Source: Hypanus sabinus
Taxonomy: Eukaryota
Length of the DNA: 64,000 nt
Direction: 5' to 3'
NCBI RefSeq assembly: GCF_030144855.1
Contig: NC_082717.1
Coordinates: 4,464,001-4,528,000, forward strand
The position numbers were made by a program, and so were the translations under genes. Of this stretch, positions 26,367-36,892 are shown piece by piece (position 1 is the first letter of the stretch; every line of letters starts with the position of its first letter). The notes beneath the pieces were generated by a model. The model was given only the letters and a program-made list of their open reading frames with translations. It was not told the DNA's origin and made no database searches.

Positions 26367-26530
26367 GTGAGTACAAGTTCTATTTATTCAACAGTGTGTT
26401 CCTGAATGTATTTATTAGATATAGTAAGCACAACGTTGTGTGGGGAAAGTCACGTCTCATTAGCTTGATTGAGTTTTCTGAGGATGCATTGAAGATAATT
26501 GAAGATTGGGAATTACATGTTGCTGCATTA

Positions 26531-26670
26531 AGAGAGACCAGAAGTTGTAAGGGCAATTAATTTACTGAGGGAGAGAGCTGTGCAGGTAGACCAGAAGCTG
26601 TAAGAACCATGAAATTACTGAGAGAGAGCTGTGCAGGTGGAGCGGAAGCTGTAAGGACGATGATATGTAA
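26531..26670. repeat. About 53-bp tandem repeat, about 2.5 diverged copies
   Basis: ttactgag(g)gagagagctgtgcaggt...gaagctgtaag recurs at 26562 and 26615, with a partial copy at 26531. Confidence 0.6.
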
Positions 26671-27815
26671 GAGACCAAATGCTCACCGTCATTAAACAAG
26701 ATGTATGTCCATTCCAGAAATTGGAAATGTGGCATAGAGCCTGGTGGAACATGGCCTTCCATTTTTGTATCTTCTGACAATTGGGAGGAGGGGAAAAGAT
26801 GGAGTGGTTGGGGTGGGACATGGTCTAGATCAGGTCAGAAACTGAACTACACCAGCTGGCAAATTTACCAAGACAGTGTTGACGTATGAAAAGGAAATGT
26901 TGGTGACAATGCATTTGAGTTTTTTGGTGTTGCACATATCTGAAATGATGAGGGTCATTCAGTGAGTATCGTACACTGGAGATTCAGAAATCCTTCCATA
27001 GCTTCGGAGTATTTGGCATTTGGGAAATTACATTGATCAGATTTGTGATTGATCACTGGACAGAGACCAAGGAATGGGAAGAGAGGGTGATTGTCTGGCT
27101 GGAAGACTGTCAGTAGTAACTGGGATCAGGGCTGGGCCTCAGCTCAAACAATCTGTATCAATGACGGGACCAAGTGTATCCAAGCCTGTCGGGGATGCAG
27201 AGGTGGTGGCAATGAGATTGGTCAGGAGGGTGCAGAGACGTTCGGGGATGTAGACACACGGAGTGAATGTGCAAGGTGAAGACAGTTGGAATATCATGTG
27301 GACAAATGTGAGATCATTCTCTTGGTAGGAACAATAGAAACAAAGAGTATTTCTGAAAGGAGAGAGACTGAGGGATGTTCATGTCCTGGGGAATCTGGAT
27401 GGCCTTGTTGACAAAGATCAAACCCAGCAGACAGGTTCAACTAGTGACTTGGAAAGGAAACTTTGTCGATTATTGTGGATAGATTTGAGTATAAGAGTAA
27501 CGATGCCTTGCTGGAATTCTGGTCTCCAGTGAGACGGCAACGAGGAACAGGATGTCTCTGAGGGTTGTGCTCTATTCAGTCACCCACTGGGTCAGTCGGT
27601 GCAGCAGCTGGAACAACATCATTCCTTCAGGGATTGGGTAAATGCTTGTAAAGAACTTTTCACAGGACTCTGGGGAATGAGGGGACTGGGATCAGTGATC
27701 ACCTTTTTCAAAGAGCTGGCACAGGAGGATGGGCCGAATGGATTCCATCTACACTGACAGTGAGCTTCCCAGATGTTTACCCACTGATGTGATTTCCTTT
27801 CTGTTCCTCAAACAG

Positions 27816-27935
27816 AGATGTCCCGAGCCCCATCGTACCTGGTCTGGATCATTGTGGCTGTCGTGCTGGGAGTTCTCGCTGTCACTGGAGGCATTTTCCT
27901 CATCAGACGCAGAGCGTTTAGAAACCACCCGTCCC
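27816..27935 (+). CDS. Receptor exon 4: short stalk, transmembrane helix and basic stop-transfer
   Basis: Acceptor ttcctcaaacag|AG and donor C|gtacgt; phase 1-1; 120 nt. (K)MSRAPSYLVWIIVAVVLGVLAVTGGIFLIRRRAFRNHPS, with no charged TM residue. Confidence 0.9.
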
Positions 27936-28074
27936 GTACGTGTGACTAAATGGTTCATTCTGATCCGATTGTTGTGTGGAGTTATTAAAATGTAACGGTT
28001 GGGGACTGATTGTGAAAGAGCCTGTTGTTGTGTTGTGACACAATGTTAATGATACTTTATACTCTATTTCACAG

Positions 28075-28148
28075 ACCCACCCACAGCAACTGATCACCGG
28101 AGCCCAGGGGCAGTTTATGAAAATGCTTCCGTGGCCAGGGGTGTCCCG
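28075..28148 (+). CDS. Receptor exon 5: cytoplasmic, YEN motif
   Basis: Acceptor ctctatttcacag|AC and donor CCG|gtgagt; phase 1-0; 74 nt. (H)PPTATDHRSPGAVYENASVARGVP. Confidence 0.8.
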
Positions 28149-28654
28149 GTGAGTTCTGATGCTTTTCTCAGATAAGTAGGATTGTGTGGGGATCGCACTG
28201 GTATGTTCATTGCTTCTTACATCAGGGATATTCCCCAGTGACATTGTGGTTCATTGAATATTTCTGCAATGTCTGAATGATTTGCAACTGTATGTGGTGT
28301 AACTGTTCCTGGATATTGACCACAGACCGTACAGCTCTACAGCACAGGAACAGGCCCTTCTGCCCATCATGACTGTGTCAACCAGAATGTTACATGAAAC
28401 TAATATCACGCAACACTAAGATTGGGGTTTCAGACCAAAAACCTTCATCAGGCCTTGAAAGGACAGACACAGAAGCCAGAATGAGAAGATGGAGGAGGGG
28501 AAGGTGTACAAAGTAGAAGGTGACAGGTGAAACGAGGTGCATTTGGGAGGAGAATGACATATGAACCTGGGAAGTCACAGGGAGAAAAAGTAAAGGTATG
28601 ATGAAGAAGTAACCTGACAAGAGTGGAGAGTAGACCATGAGATAAAGAATTTCC

Positions 28655-31434
28655 GTTCCAAGTTGTTACAAGTCAATTTACATATCTAGGTGTAACAATT
28701 ACTAAAAACTTCAAGAATTATTTAAAGAAAACTTAAACCCCTTATTAAATTATGCAAAAAAAATATGCTTTCTAAATGGGCTCCTCTTTTTTTTATCCCT
28801 AATTGGCCGAATTAATTCGATTAAATGAAGATTCTTCCTAAATTTTTTTATCTTTTTCAGGCTTTACCTATTTTTATTCCTAAGACCTACTTTGATTCTC
28901 TAGATTCAATTTTAACATCTTATATTTGGAATAATGAACAAGCTCATTTAAGTAAAATTTACCTACAAAGAAATAAAGAGATGGGTGGATTAGCCCTACC
29001 CAATTTTAGGCTTTACTATTGGGCTGCCAATATAAGGAATATTATTTTTTGTCCTATTATATTTATCGTAAAGATTGCCCATCATGCCCATCCTTAGAAG
29101 TTAATTCTGTAAAAAATTCCTCTATTGTCTCTCTTCTTGGATCACACTCTTCTTTTTCAGCAAATAAAACAACAGGTAACATCATTGTTAAGCAAACTTT
29201 AAGGATCTGATCTCAATTTAGAAAATTTTTTGGTTTAGTGAATTTTTCATTATCATCTCCATATTCTCTTTAATTATTTTTTTGTCCCTTCCATGACTGA
29301 CAAAGTCTTTAAGGATTGGGATGAATTAGGTATTAAGTGTTTTTGGGACCTGTTTATTTCAGGATCTCTTGCTTCATTTGACCATTGTCAACTAAATTTG
29401 CACTGCCAAAAACACATTTTTACAGATACCTTCAAATTAGAGATTTCTTACGTTTCCAATTAACTACTTTTCCTACAGGTCCTGATAAAAATTTACTGGA
29501 CGATCTTTTAAATTTAAAACCTTTTGTAAATGGTTCTATCATGAGTATCTATAACTTGTTGATTGATTCTAGACAAGACATTTTAGATAAAATAAAAAAA
29601 GCTTGGGAGGATGACCTAAATTGTCAGATTTCTGATGAAAGATGGAATAAAATTCTTAAACAGGTTAATAAATCATCTTTCTGTGCTTGTCATTCTCTTC
29701 TACAATTTAAAGTGGTTCATAGAGCTTTCATTTCTAAACAGAAGCTGTCCCGTTTTTATCTGAACGTTTCTCCACTTTGTAATAAATGCAACTCTGCCGT
29801 TGCCTCTTTAATTCATATGTTTTGGTTTTGCCCTAAAATTGAAAAGTTTTGGCGGGAAATATTCCATACCTTCTCACAATTTTTTAGGGTCCAATTTGAC
29901 CCAAATCCCCCTACTGCCTTGTTTGGTATTATTCCAAATGAAGATATAACTTTAAATACTCATAACCTACAGATTTTAGTTTTTACCCCTCTTTTAACAA
30001 GGAGAGCAATCTTACTTAAATGGAAAGAGTCTACCCCTCCTACACATCTTCAATGGCTACGTGATATTATGTCTTATTTAAATTTAGAGAAGATCCGCTG
30101 CTCAGTCTTAAATTTGAAACAATATTTTTATGATATCTGGGGACCTTTCCTAAATTACTTTTCCAATTTATAAGGTTTAACAGTGCGCAGACTTTTATGT
30201 ATACTTCTATCTTCTCTTCTTAAGCAAATAAGTTTTTTTCTAATTATGCATTATCATCCATCAGCTTTTTTCTTTGGTAGTTGGTAGGAGGTTGACTTTT
30301 TTTTTATATAAAGAATTTTTTTTATGATGTATGACCTGTCTTTAAATTTTTGATTACAGAGTGGTATACCTTTATGTGTTATGCTATAACATTTTGATCA
30401 ATTTTATTACAATACATGAATGTACACAATTTATGTTGAGATTATTACGTACCCCGTAACTGTGAGTCAGACCAGCAAAGATAGAAGTATACGTTGGAGT
30501 CTGGTGGTACTATATTCAAAAGTGTTTATTAGTAAAGTAAGCAAAACAATACCAATAATGCAAATATACATATAACACAAGTTAGCAATAATAAACCTAA
30601 AAGTGTAGGAATAATAATAAGCAATAATAAACAAACTCTATCGATGTCTAGGGGTAAATGAATTGTCATAGAAAAGTATAAAGTTCAGTTCAGTTCATGC
30701 GTGCTGAGGTAAGAATAGTTGTTGTGCAGTAATCATTGGAGAGAGAGCGAGCGAGATGTTACAGCTGCAGCAGGAAACCCTTTCCGTGGCTTTTTGATTC
30801 CGTTGCACCATTGTGGCCATTCAGCTATGATCCCTCCGTCCTTCAGCTGGACCATTCTTCTGTGGTGGACTCGTCACTCTGGCATGAGTGGACATGCACA
30901 CAAGTCCCCACCGGCCCTGCTGCTACACTGAGAGCTTTACTGACCGATCTCCTGGTTCGGTCTCCGAAATTCCCACCTTTCTTGTGGGTTCGCAACACTC
31001 AGTCAGTCGGACACACTGGTGTGTCCGAAGGGTGTCTCTCCAAACCTGTCTTTTATCCCTACTAACGGGGTCTCCGCTATCCATCAACTCTGAATGACTG
31101 TGTCCATCAAATCAGGCCACTCCTGCTGTCTCCTGAGGAATGTTAACGAGCAAAGTAAAGTCCTTGTAGTGAAAGTGAATAATTCCAGGAAGAGTCAAAA
31201 TACAATAAATCAACAGTCTCTCTCTCTCTCCCATCTTATCTGTAGCAAATGTGTGTGCCTGTGTTTCATCTCTCTCTCTCATAAGCAGCATAGCAACAGC
31301 AATAGTTCATGGTTATCAGGGAGGGGGGATTGCACCCCATTGTCCACCAGGTCTGTTCATCACTCATAACAAGATGTATCTATGTGTTGCACTCTGTAAA
31401 TCTTGCTTAGAAAAAGTAAAAAAAAAAGAAAATG
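28655..31434 (+). mobile_element. 5'-truncated L1/Tx1-clade LINE; 3' UTR interrupted by a solo LTR
   Basis: ORFs 28825..29097 (GGLALPNFRLYYWA) and 29385..30173 (zf-RVT-like CNKC...HMFWFC). The 3' UTR resumes after 31371 and ends in an A-rich tail at about 31405-31434. Confidence 0.8.
30443..31371 (-). mobile_element. Solo LTR (929 bp) with 4-bp TSD AGAT
   Basis: Termini t(a/g)ttacgt...cataaca. AGAT lies at 30439-42 and 31372-75. A minus-strand AATAAA lies near the 30.5k end. Confidence 0.85.
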
Positions 31435-32277
31435 GATGGGCACTTGGGGGTGCTGATAAGCAGATGAGAACATAAGAAGGGAACCGCTGTGGGGAATGGA
31501 AGAAGAGGGGAGGGGAAGGGGAAATTACTGGAATTTAGAGAAATCAATGTTCATGCCATCAGGTTGAGGCCACACAAATGGAATATGAGGTCCCCAATGT
31601 GAGAGTGGCCTCATTGTTGTAGAAGAGGGGGCTATAGATCGACATGCCAAAGTGAGAATTGGATTGGAATTTAAAACTTTGCTACCAGCAGATCCTCCTT
31701 GTTGCAGACACAATGAGAATGCTTGATTAAGTGGTTCCCCAGTCTACCTGGGCCTCTCCATTGCAAAAGAGGCCTCATCAGGAGCACTGGATACATTGGA
31801 GAGTCCCAACTAGATTGGGAGATCCAGTAGATAACCACAACATGTTTACAGGTAAAGTGTTGCCTCACCTGGAAGGACTACTGGGGCTCTGAACAGAGGT
31901 GAGGCAGGAAGTTACCTGACAGGTGTCACCTTTTTCCTTTCCATGGATGCTGCCTGAACTGGTGAGGTCATGCAGCATTTTGTGTGTGTTACTCTGAATT
32001 CCAGCATCTGCAGAATTTTCTGTTTATAGAACTAATCACATCTCCCTGGGTATGATCCATATTCATCCATGTTCATCCATCTGCCTAAGTGCCTCTTAAA
32101 TGCTACAGTCATGCTTGTTTTCAGCATCACCTCTGGCAGTGAGTTCTCTATGTGAAGATACTCCTCTGTGTAAAGATTACTTGCCCCATACATCTCCCTT
32201 AAAGTGTCCCACTGTCACCCTAAAGCCAGTGTTGACAATGTTTAGACCAATGTAATGGTTCAATTGTTCTGTTGTAG

Positions 32278-32319
32278 GGTTCAGGAGGTCAGCAGGTCAA
32301 ATCAAACAACACCTACAAG
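32278..32319 (+). CDS. Receptor exon 6: cytoplasmic, first ITAM tyrosine
   Basis: Acceptor ttgttctgttgtag|GGT and donor AAG|gtaagg; phase 0-0; 42 nt. GSGGQQVKSNNTYK. Confidence 0.75.
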
Positions 32320-32409
32320 GTAAGGAAGGTCACCTCTGGAACATTGAAACTTTTCCCACAGCATGAGCTGTCAAGCTGCTGTTCACACCATTTCTGTGTT
32401 CTCTACTAG

Positions 32410-32452
32410 GCTCTGCAACGTCCCACTCAGTCCATCTACGGTCATCTCCAAG
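32410..32452 (+). CDS. Receptor exon 7: cytoplasmic, remainder of the ITAM
   Basis: Acceptor tttctgtgttctctactag|GCT and donor G|gtgcgt; phase 0-1; 43 nt. ALQRPTQSIYGHLQ. Joined to exon 6 it gives YKAL-x7-YGHL. Confidence 0.8.
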
Positions 32453-32640
32453 GTGCGTAGCAACATCTTTGGACAGGTTGACTAAACCATATCAACTGTT
32501 GTGGAAGAGTTGGGAATGTGGAGAAGTCTTTAGATGGAACACCCAGTGAGCAATGAGCCCAGTGTGGTAATGGGTCAGCGGGAGCTCAGTCTGATGACCA
32601 ATGGGACCAGGGTGTGAATTCACACCTTTTACTGAATCAG

Positions 32641-32858
32641 GTCACTCAGCCGTGTACACACATCCTCACAGTCCTGGCGAAGCTGAGAATCTAAAAGACC
32701 CAGTGTTGTTCATCATCTCCATTGGTTTCAAGGCTGAGCAAGTGTTGTCCCTGATATTTTCAACAGGATCTGTTACCGGAGTTGTTGGAATTTGGAAGAT
32801 GATGATCAAGGCAAAACTCCCACTCACACTCCCCATCCTCTTCTGGACCCATCAGTAA
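32641..32858 (+). other. Possible alternative terminal exon of the receptor
   Basis: Acceptor ccttttactgaatcag| is in frame with exon 7 (GHSAVYTHPHSP...THQ*). AATAAA at 33112-17. The tail looks less protein-like than the 35434 option. Confidence 0.3.
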
Positions 32859-33456
32859 TTCCTCATGATGAATTCAGGGAAGGGACATCCATCCCTAAGC
32901 AAGCTCACAGTGTCATCTGAACCAGATCTACTGGAGAGATGGGGTAGGATTCAACATTCTCAGCCATTTTCACAATTGGATCGCAGTGCTTTCAGTTCAG
33001 ACAGTGAGGAGTTCAGATTCATGTTCAAGTTTCTTTTCACAGATGAACACACCCAGGGTGTAATCACCATGAAGGTCAGCTCACAGCACCAGCACAATCC
33101 ATTAAAAACATAATAAATCTACATTAATGTGAAACTAAATTAACATAAATTATACATCAGCAACAAAATAAACAAAATAACATGAGCACACGTTGAAAGA
33201 ATGGGAAGAAAAGCAGTACAAGAGTTGTTCAAGTGGGTCCAGGATCCTGATGGCAGTGGGGAAGAAGATGTTGTTGAACGTCCATTTGAGGGTTCTGTAC
33301 CTCTTGTGTGAAGGCAGCATTGAGCAGAGGACACAACCCAGAAGGTGGATGTTGCCTTCCTGAGGCATCACTTCGTTTAGTTGCTCTTGATAATAGAGGG
33401 AGTTATAGTTGTGATGAAACTGGCTGAATCTTTCATTCTCTGTAACTTCAAGTCCC

Positions 33457-35122
33457 TGCACACTGGAGATCCCTCACCAGAATGTGGTACAACTAGGTGT
33501 GATCACACTATCCCCGTGTGTTCTTGTACACTGGAGATCCCACACCAGAATGTGTTACAACTAGGTGTGATCACACTATCCCCGTGTGTTCTTGTACACT
33601 GGAGATCCCACACCAGAATGTGTTACAACTAGGTGTGATCACACTATCCCCGCGTGTTCTTGTACACTGGAGATCCCGCACCAGAATGTGTTACAACTAG
33701 GTGTGATCACACTATCCCCACGTGTTCTTGTACACTGGAGATCCCGCACCAGAATGTGGTACAACTAGGTGTGATCATACTATCCCCGCGTGTTCTTGTA
33801 CACTGGAGATCCCACACCAGAACGTGGTACAACTAGGTGTGATCACACTATCCCCATGTGTTCTTGTACACTGGAGATCCCACACCAGAACGTGGTACAA
33901 CTAGGTGTGATCACACTATCCCCGTGTGTTCTTGTACACTGGAGATCCCACACCAGAATGTGTTACAACTAGGTGTGATCACACTATCCCCGCGTGTTCT
34001 TGTACACTGGAGATCCCGCACCAGAATGTGTTACAACTAGGTGTGATCACACTATCCCCACGTGTTCTTGTACACTGGAGATCCCGCACCAGAATGTGGT
34101 ACAACTAGGTGTGATCACACTATCCCCGTGTGTTCTTGTACACTGGAGATCCCACACCAGAACGTGGTACAACTAGGTGTGATCACACTATCCCCGTGTG
34201 TTTCTGTACACTGGAGATCCCACACCAGAACGTGGTACAACTAGGTGTGATCACACTATCCCCGTGTGTTCTTGTACACTGGAGATCCCACACCAGAATG
34301 TGGTACAACTAGGTGTGATCACACTATCCCCGTGTGTTCTTGTACACAAGAGATCCCACACCAGAACGTGGTACAACTAGGTGTGATCACACTATCACCG
34401 TGTGTTTCTGTACACAAGAGATCCCACACCAGAACGTGGTACAACTAGGTGTGATCACACTATCACCGTGTGTTTCTGTACACAAGAGATCCCACACCAG
34501 AACGTGGTACAACTAGGTGTGATCACACTATCACCGTGTGTTTCTGTACACAAGAGATCCCACACCAGAACGTGGTACAACTAGGTGTGATCACACTATC
34601 CCCGTGTGTTCTTGTACACTGGAGATCCCACACCAGAATGTGGTACAACTAGGTGTGATCACACTATCACCGTGTGTTCTTGTACACAAGAGATCCCACA
34701 CCAGAACGTGGTACAACTAGGTGTGATCACACTATCACCGTGTGTTTCTGTACACAAGAGATCCCACACCAGAACGTGGTACAACTAGGTGTGATCACAC
34801 TATCACCGTGTGTTTCTGTACACAAGAGATCCCACACCAGAACGTGGTACAACTAGGTGTGATCACACTATCACCGTGTGTTTCTGTACACAAGAGATCC
34901 CACACCAGAACGTGGTACAACTAGGTGTGATCACACTATCCCCGTGTGTTCTTGTACACTGGAGATCCCACACCAGAATGTGGTACAACTAGGTGTGATC
35001 ACACTATCACCGTGTGTTCTTGTACACAAGAGATCCCACACCAGAACGTGGTACAACTAGGTGTGATCACACTATCACCGTGTGTTTCTGTACACAAGAG
35101 ATCCCACACCAGAACGTGGTAC
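33457..35122. repeat. 68-bp minisatellite, about 24.5 copies, with a 340-bp (5-unit) higher-order repeat
   Basis: Unit tgtacactggagatcccacaccagaatgtgttacaactaggtgtgatcacactatccccgtgtgttct. The ORF track repeats every 68 bp, and identical ORF translations recur 340 bp apart. Confidence 0.97.
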
Positions 35123-35433
35123 TACTGACTGTGAATTTACTGAGGGACTGTCTATGTTAATGGAGTTCGTTCTGGTGGATGTAGAGAAACTACTTGTTCT
35201 GGTGGGGAATTTCAGAAAGTGGGGTTACAACATCACTGGAGCCCAGAAACACTGGTTACTGTGGAGATGTGCAATCCTCTCCCAAAACAGGTGGGAAGTC
35301 CTGGTCGGAGCTGAGTAGAATTTGCTGGTTGTGGAAAGTGAAGGTTGACTGGAGCTGAGACACATCAGCCACCATCTGATCAAGTGACAGAATGGAGTGG
35401 AGGGGCCGAGTGATCTGTCTCCCCTTTGTGCAG

Positions 35434-35444
35434 ACCGTTCATGA
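35434..35444 (+). CDS. Receptor exon 8 (preferred terminal exon): (D)RS*
   Basis: Strong acceptor ctgtctcccctttgtgcag|AC CGT TCA TGA, phase-1 compatible. AATAAA lies about 345 nt after the stop. Confidence 0.55.
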
Positions 35445-35788
35445 CCCCAGGAATGGGTCCAGCATCAAGACATTAGTGTTGTGATACTGATAGAGACTCC
35501 CACCTATGGGTGCTTCAGCCTTCAGCACACTGCATCCAGCAGGAGCCCGACATGGTGGACAGTTCATTATCTCTGGCCACAGGTCTGTGCTCAGGGTCAG
35601 CAGAGGCGACTCGGCCCTGTGACCCAGATCTCTATGAGTCAGACCAGCAGAGTTCAACTAACCCTGAGACACAAGCCCTCCATGGGTCAGATACTCGGGA
35701 AAACCACTCAGGCAGTATCTGCCATTGAGTTTAATTCTCCTGTTCTTCACCGGCTCACCTCACACAACTTGTTTTTGTTACAGCTGAC

Positions 35789-35794
35789 AATAAA
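35789..35794 (+). terminator. Candidate polyadenylation signal AATAAA for the receptor
   Basis: Hexamer in unique sequence downstream of the exon 8 stop codon. Confidence 0.45.
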
Positions 35795-36784
35795 CCACCG
35801 TCTACCAGCTGAACCACAGTGGGAATCATCTGTGTGGCCTTACCTGGAGGGGAGGAACCCCGGATGGATTTCTGCACAGACACACTCATCAGACGTGGAA
35901 AAGTTTAAGGCCCAGACATTCTACTCATTCGACGTGTGAGACAAGAATTTTACCAGAGACAACATTTGGGATGTTTCTTTCAGGGGAAACCAACCCCGGT
36001 TGGATGTCAGGAAGGAGGCAGTGAAATGTGATTGGAGCATGTTTGTTAGAACATAGAACAGTACATCTCCAGTCTGGCCATTCGGCCCACAATGTTGTGC
36101 TGTTCTTGGTGACAATTTGTACTAAATATCCTCCTCCTGTGCATCATCCCTATCCCTCCGTTCCCTTAATGCCATTTTGAACATCGGACACAGAACAATA
36201 CTGCACTGAAGCAGACAGTTTGGACTTGATGTGTCAAAAAATTAAAATTCCAAATCAAATGCCCAATGAAACTAATCATTTCTGCCCACACAATGTCCAT
36301 ATCCCTCCATTCCCTTCAATGTCATTTAGGATAGGACTAAGAACAACACAGCGCTGGGTGGGGGGTATTAAACAGGTGACCTGCAGAAGAGCAAATGCAC
36401 CTTACACCTCCTTTGGTAGAGTTGAATGTCCACGCTGCCACCCACAACTCTATTTCAGCCTCTCAACATCTGATAGATTTCAATGAGAATCCCCTTATTC
36501 TTCTGAACTCCAGTGAACACAGGCCCAGAGCCATCAAACGCTCCTCATTCCTTAACCTTTTCATCACCAGGATCATTTTTTGGAAACTCTGTAGGAGCCT
36601 CAGAAATGCTAGCACATCCTTTCTTAAATGAGGACTCTGAAACTGGTCACCACATTCCAAGTGCAGTCTAACTTATGCTTCAAAGCCTCAGCATTACATC
36701 ATCGCTTTTATATTTTAGTCTTCTTGAAGTGAATGCTAGCATTGCTTTTTCATCCCTTTTTACAAAATGTTGTGACTCCTCTGT

Positions 36785-36812
36785 TGACGTCAGCTTCTAA
36801 TAAAGAGGAAGT
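36785..36812 (+). promoter_or_regulatory. CRE plus PU.1/ETS box pair
   Basis: Perfect TGACGTCA (36785-92) and AAAGAGGAAGT (36802-12) in a non-repeat island about 1 kb 3' of the poly(A) signal. Confidence 0.25.
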
Positions 36813-36892
36813 TTGTTCTGAAGGGAACTGCAGACTCAATGTGATTTCTTTCCATGTACACCACACCCCTCCTCCCCTGATATATACAACAT

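Noticed and set aside
26367-27815. A C1/C2 constant-domain or hinge exon between V2 and TM
   Set aside because: The interval holds a short tandem repeat and CR1 fragments. Candidate acceptors give stops or no donor, and no Ig C motif was found.
33457-35122. CRISPR-like array, or the repeated 60-aa ORFs as a protein
   Set aside because: Units are contiguous with no unique spacers, there are no cas genes and the context is eukaryotic. The ORFs are a by-product of the 68-bp periodicity.
33457-35122. GTGTG-AT-CACAC as RSS signal joints
   Set aside because: The heptamers are poor (CACACTA/CACACCT), and no nonamer lies at 12 or 23 bp on either side.
35481-35939. 152-aa ORF as another Ig or coding exon
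   Set aside because: It has no Ig motifs and overlaps the inferred 3' UTR and poly(A) signal.
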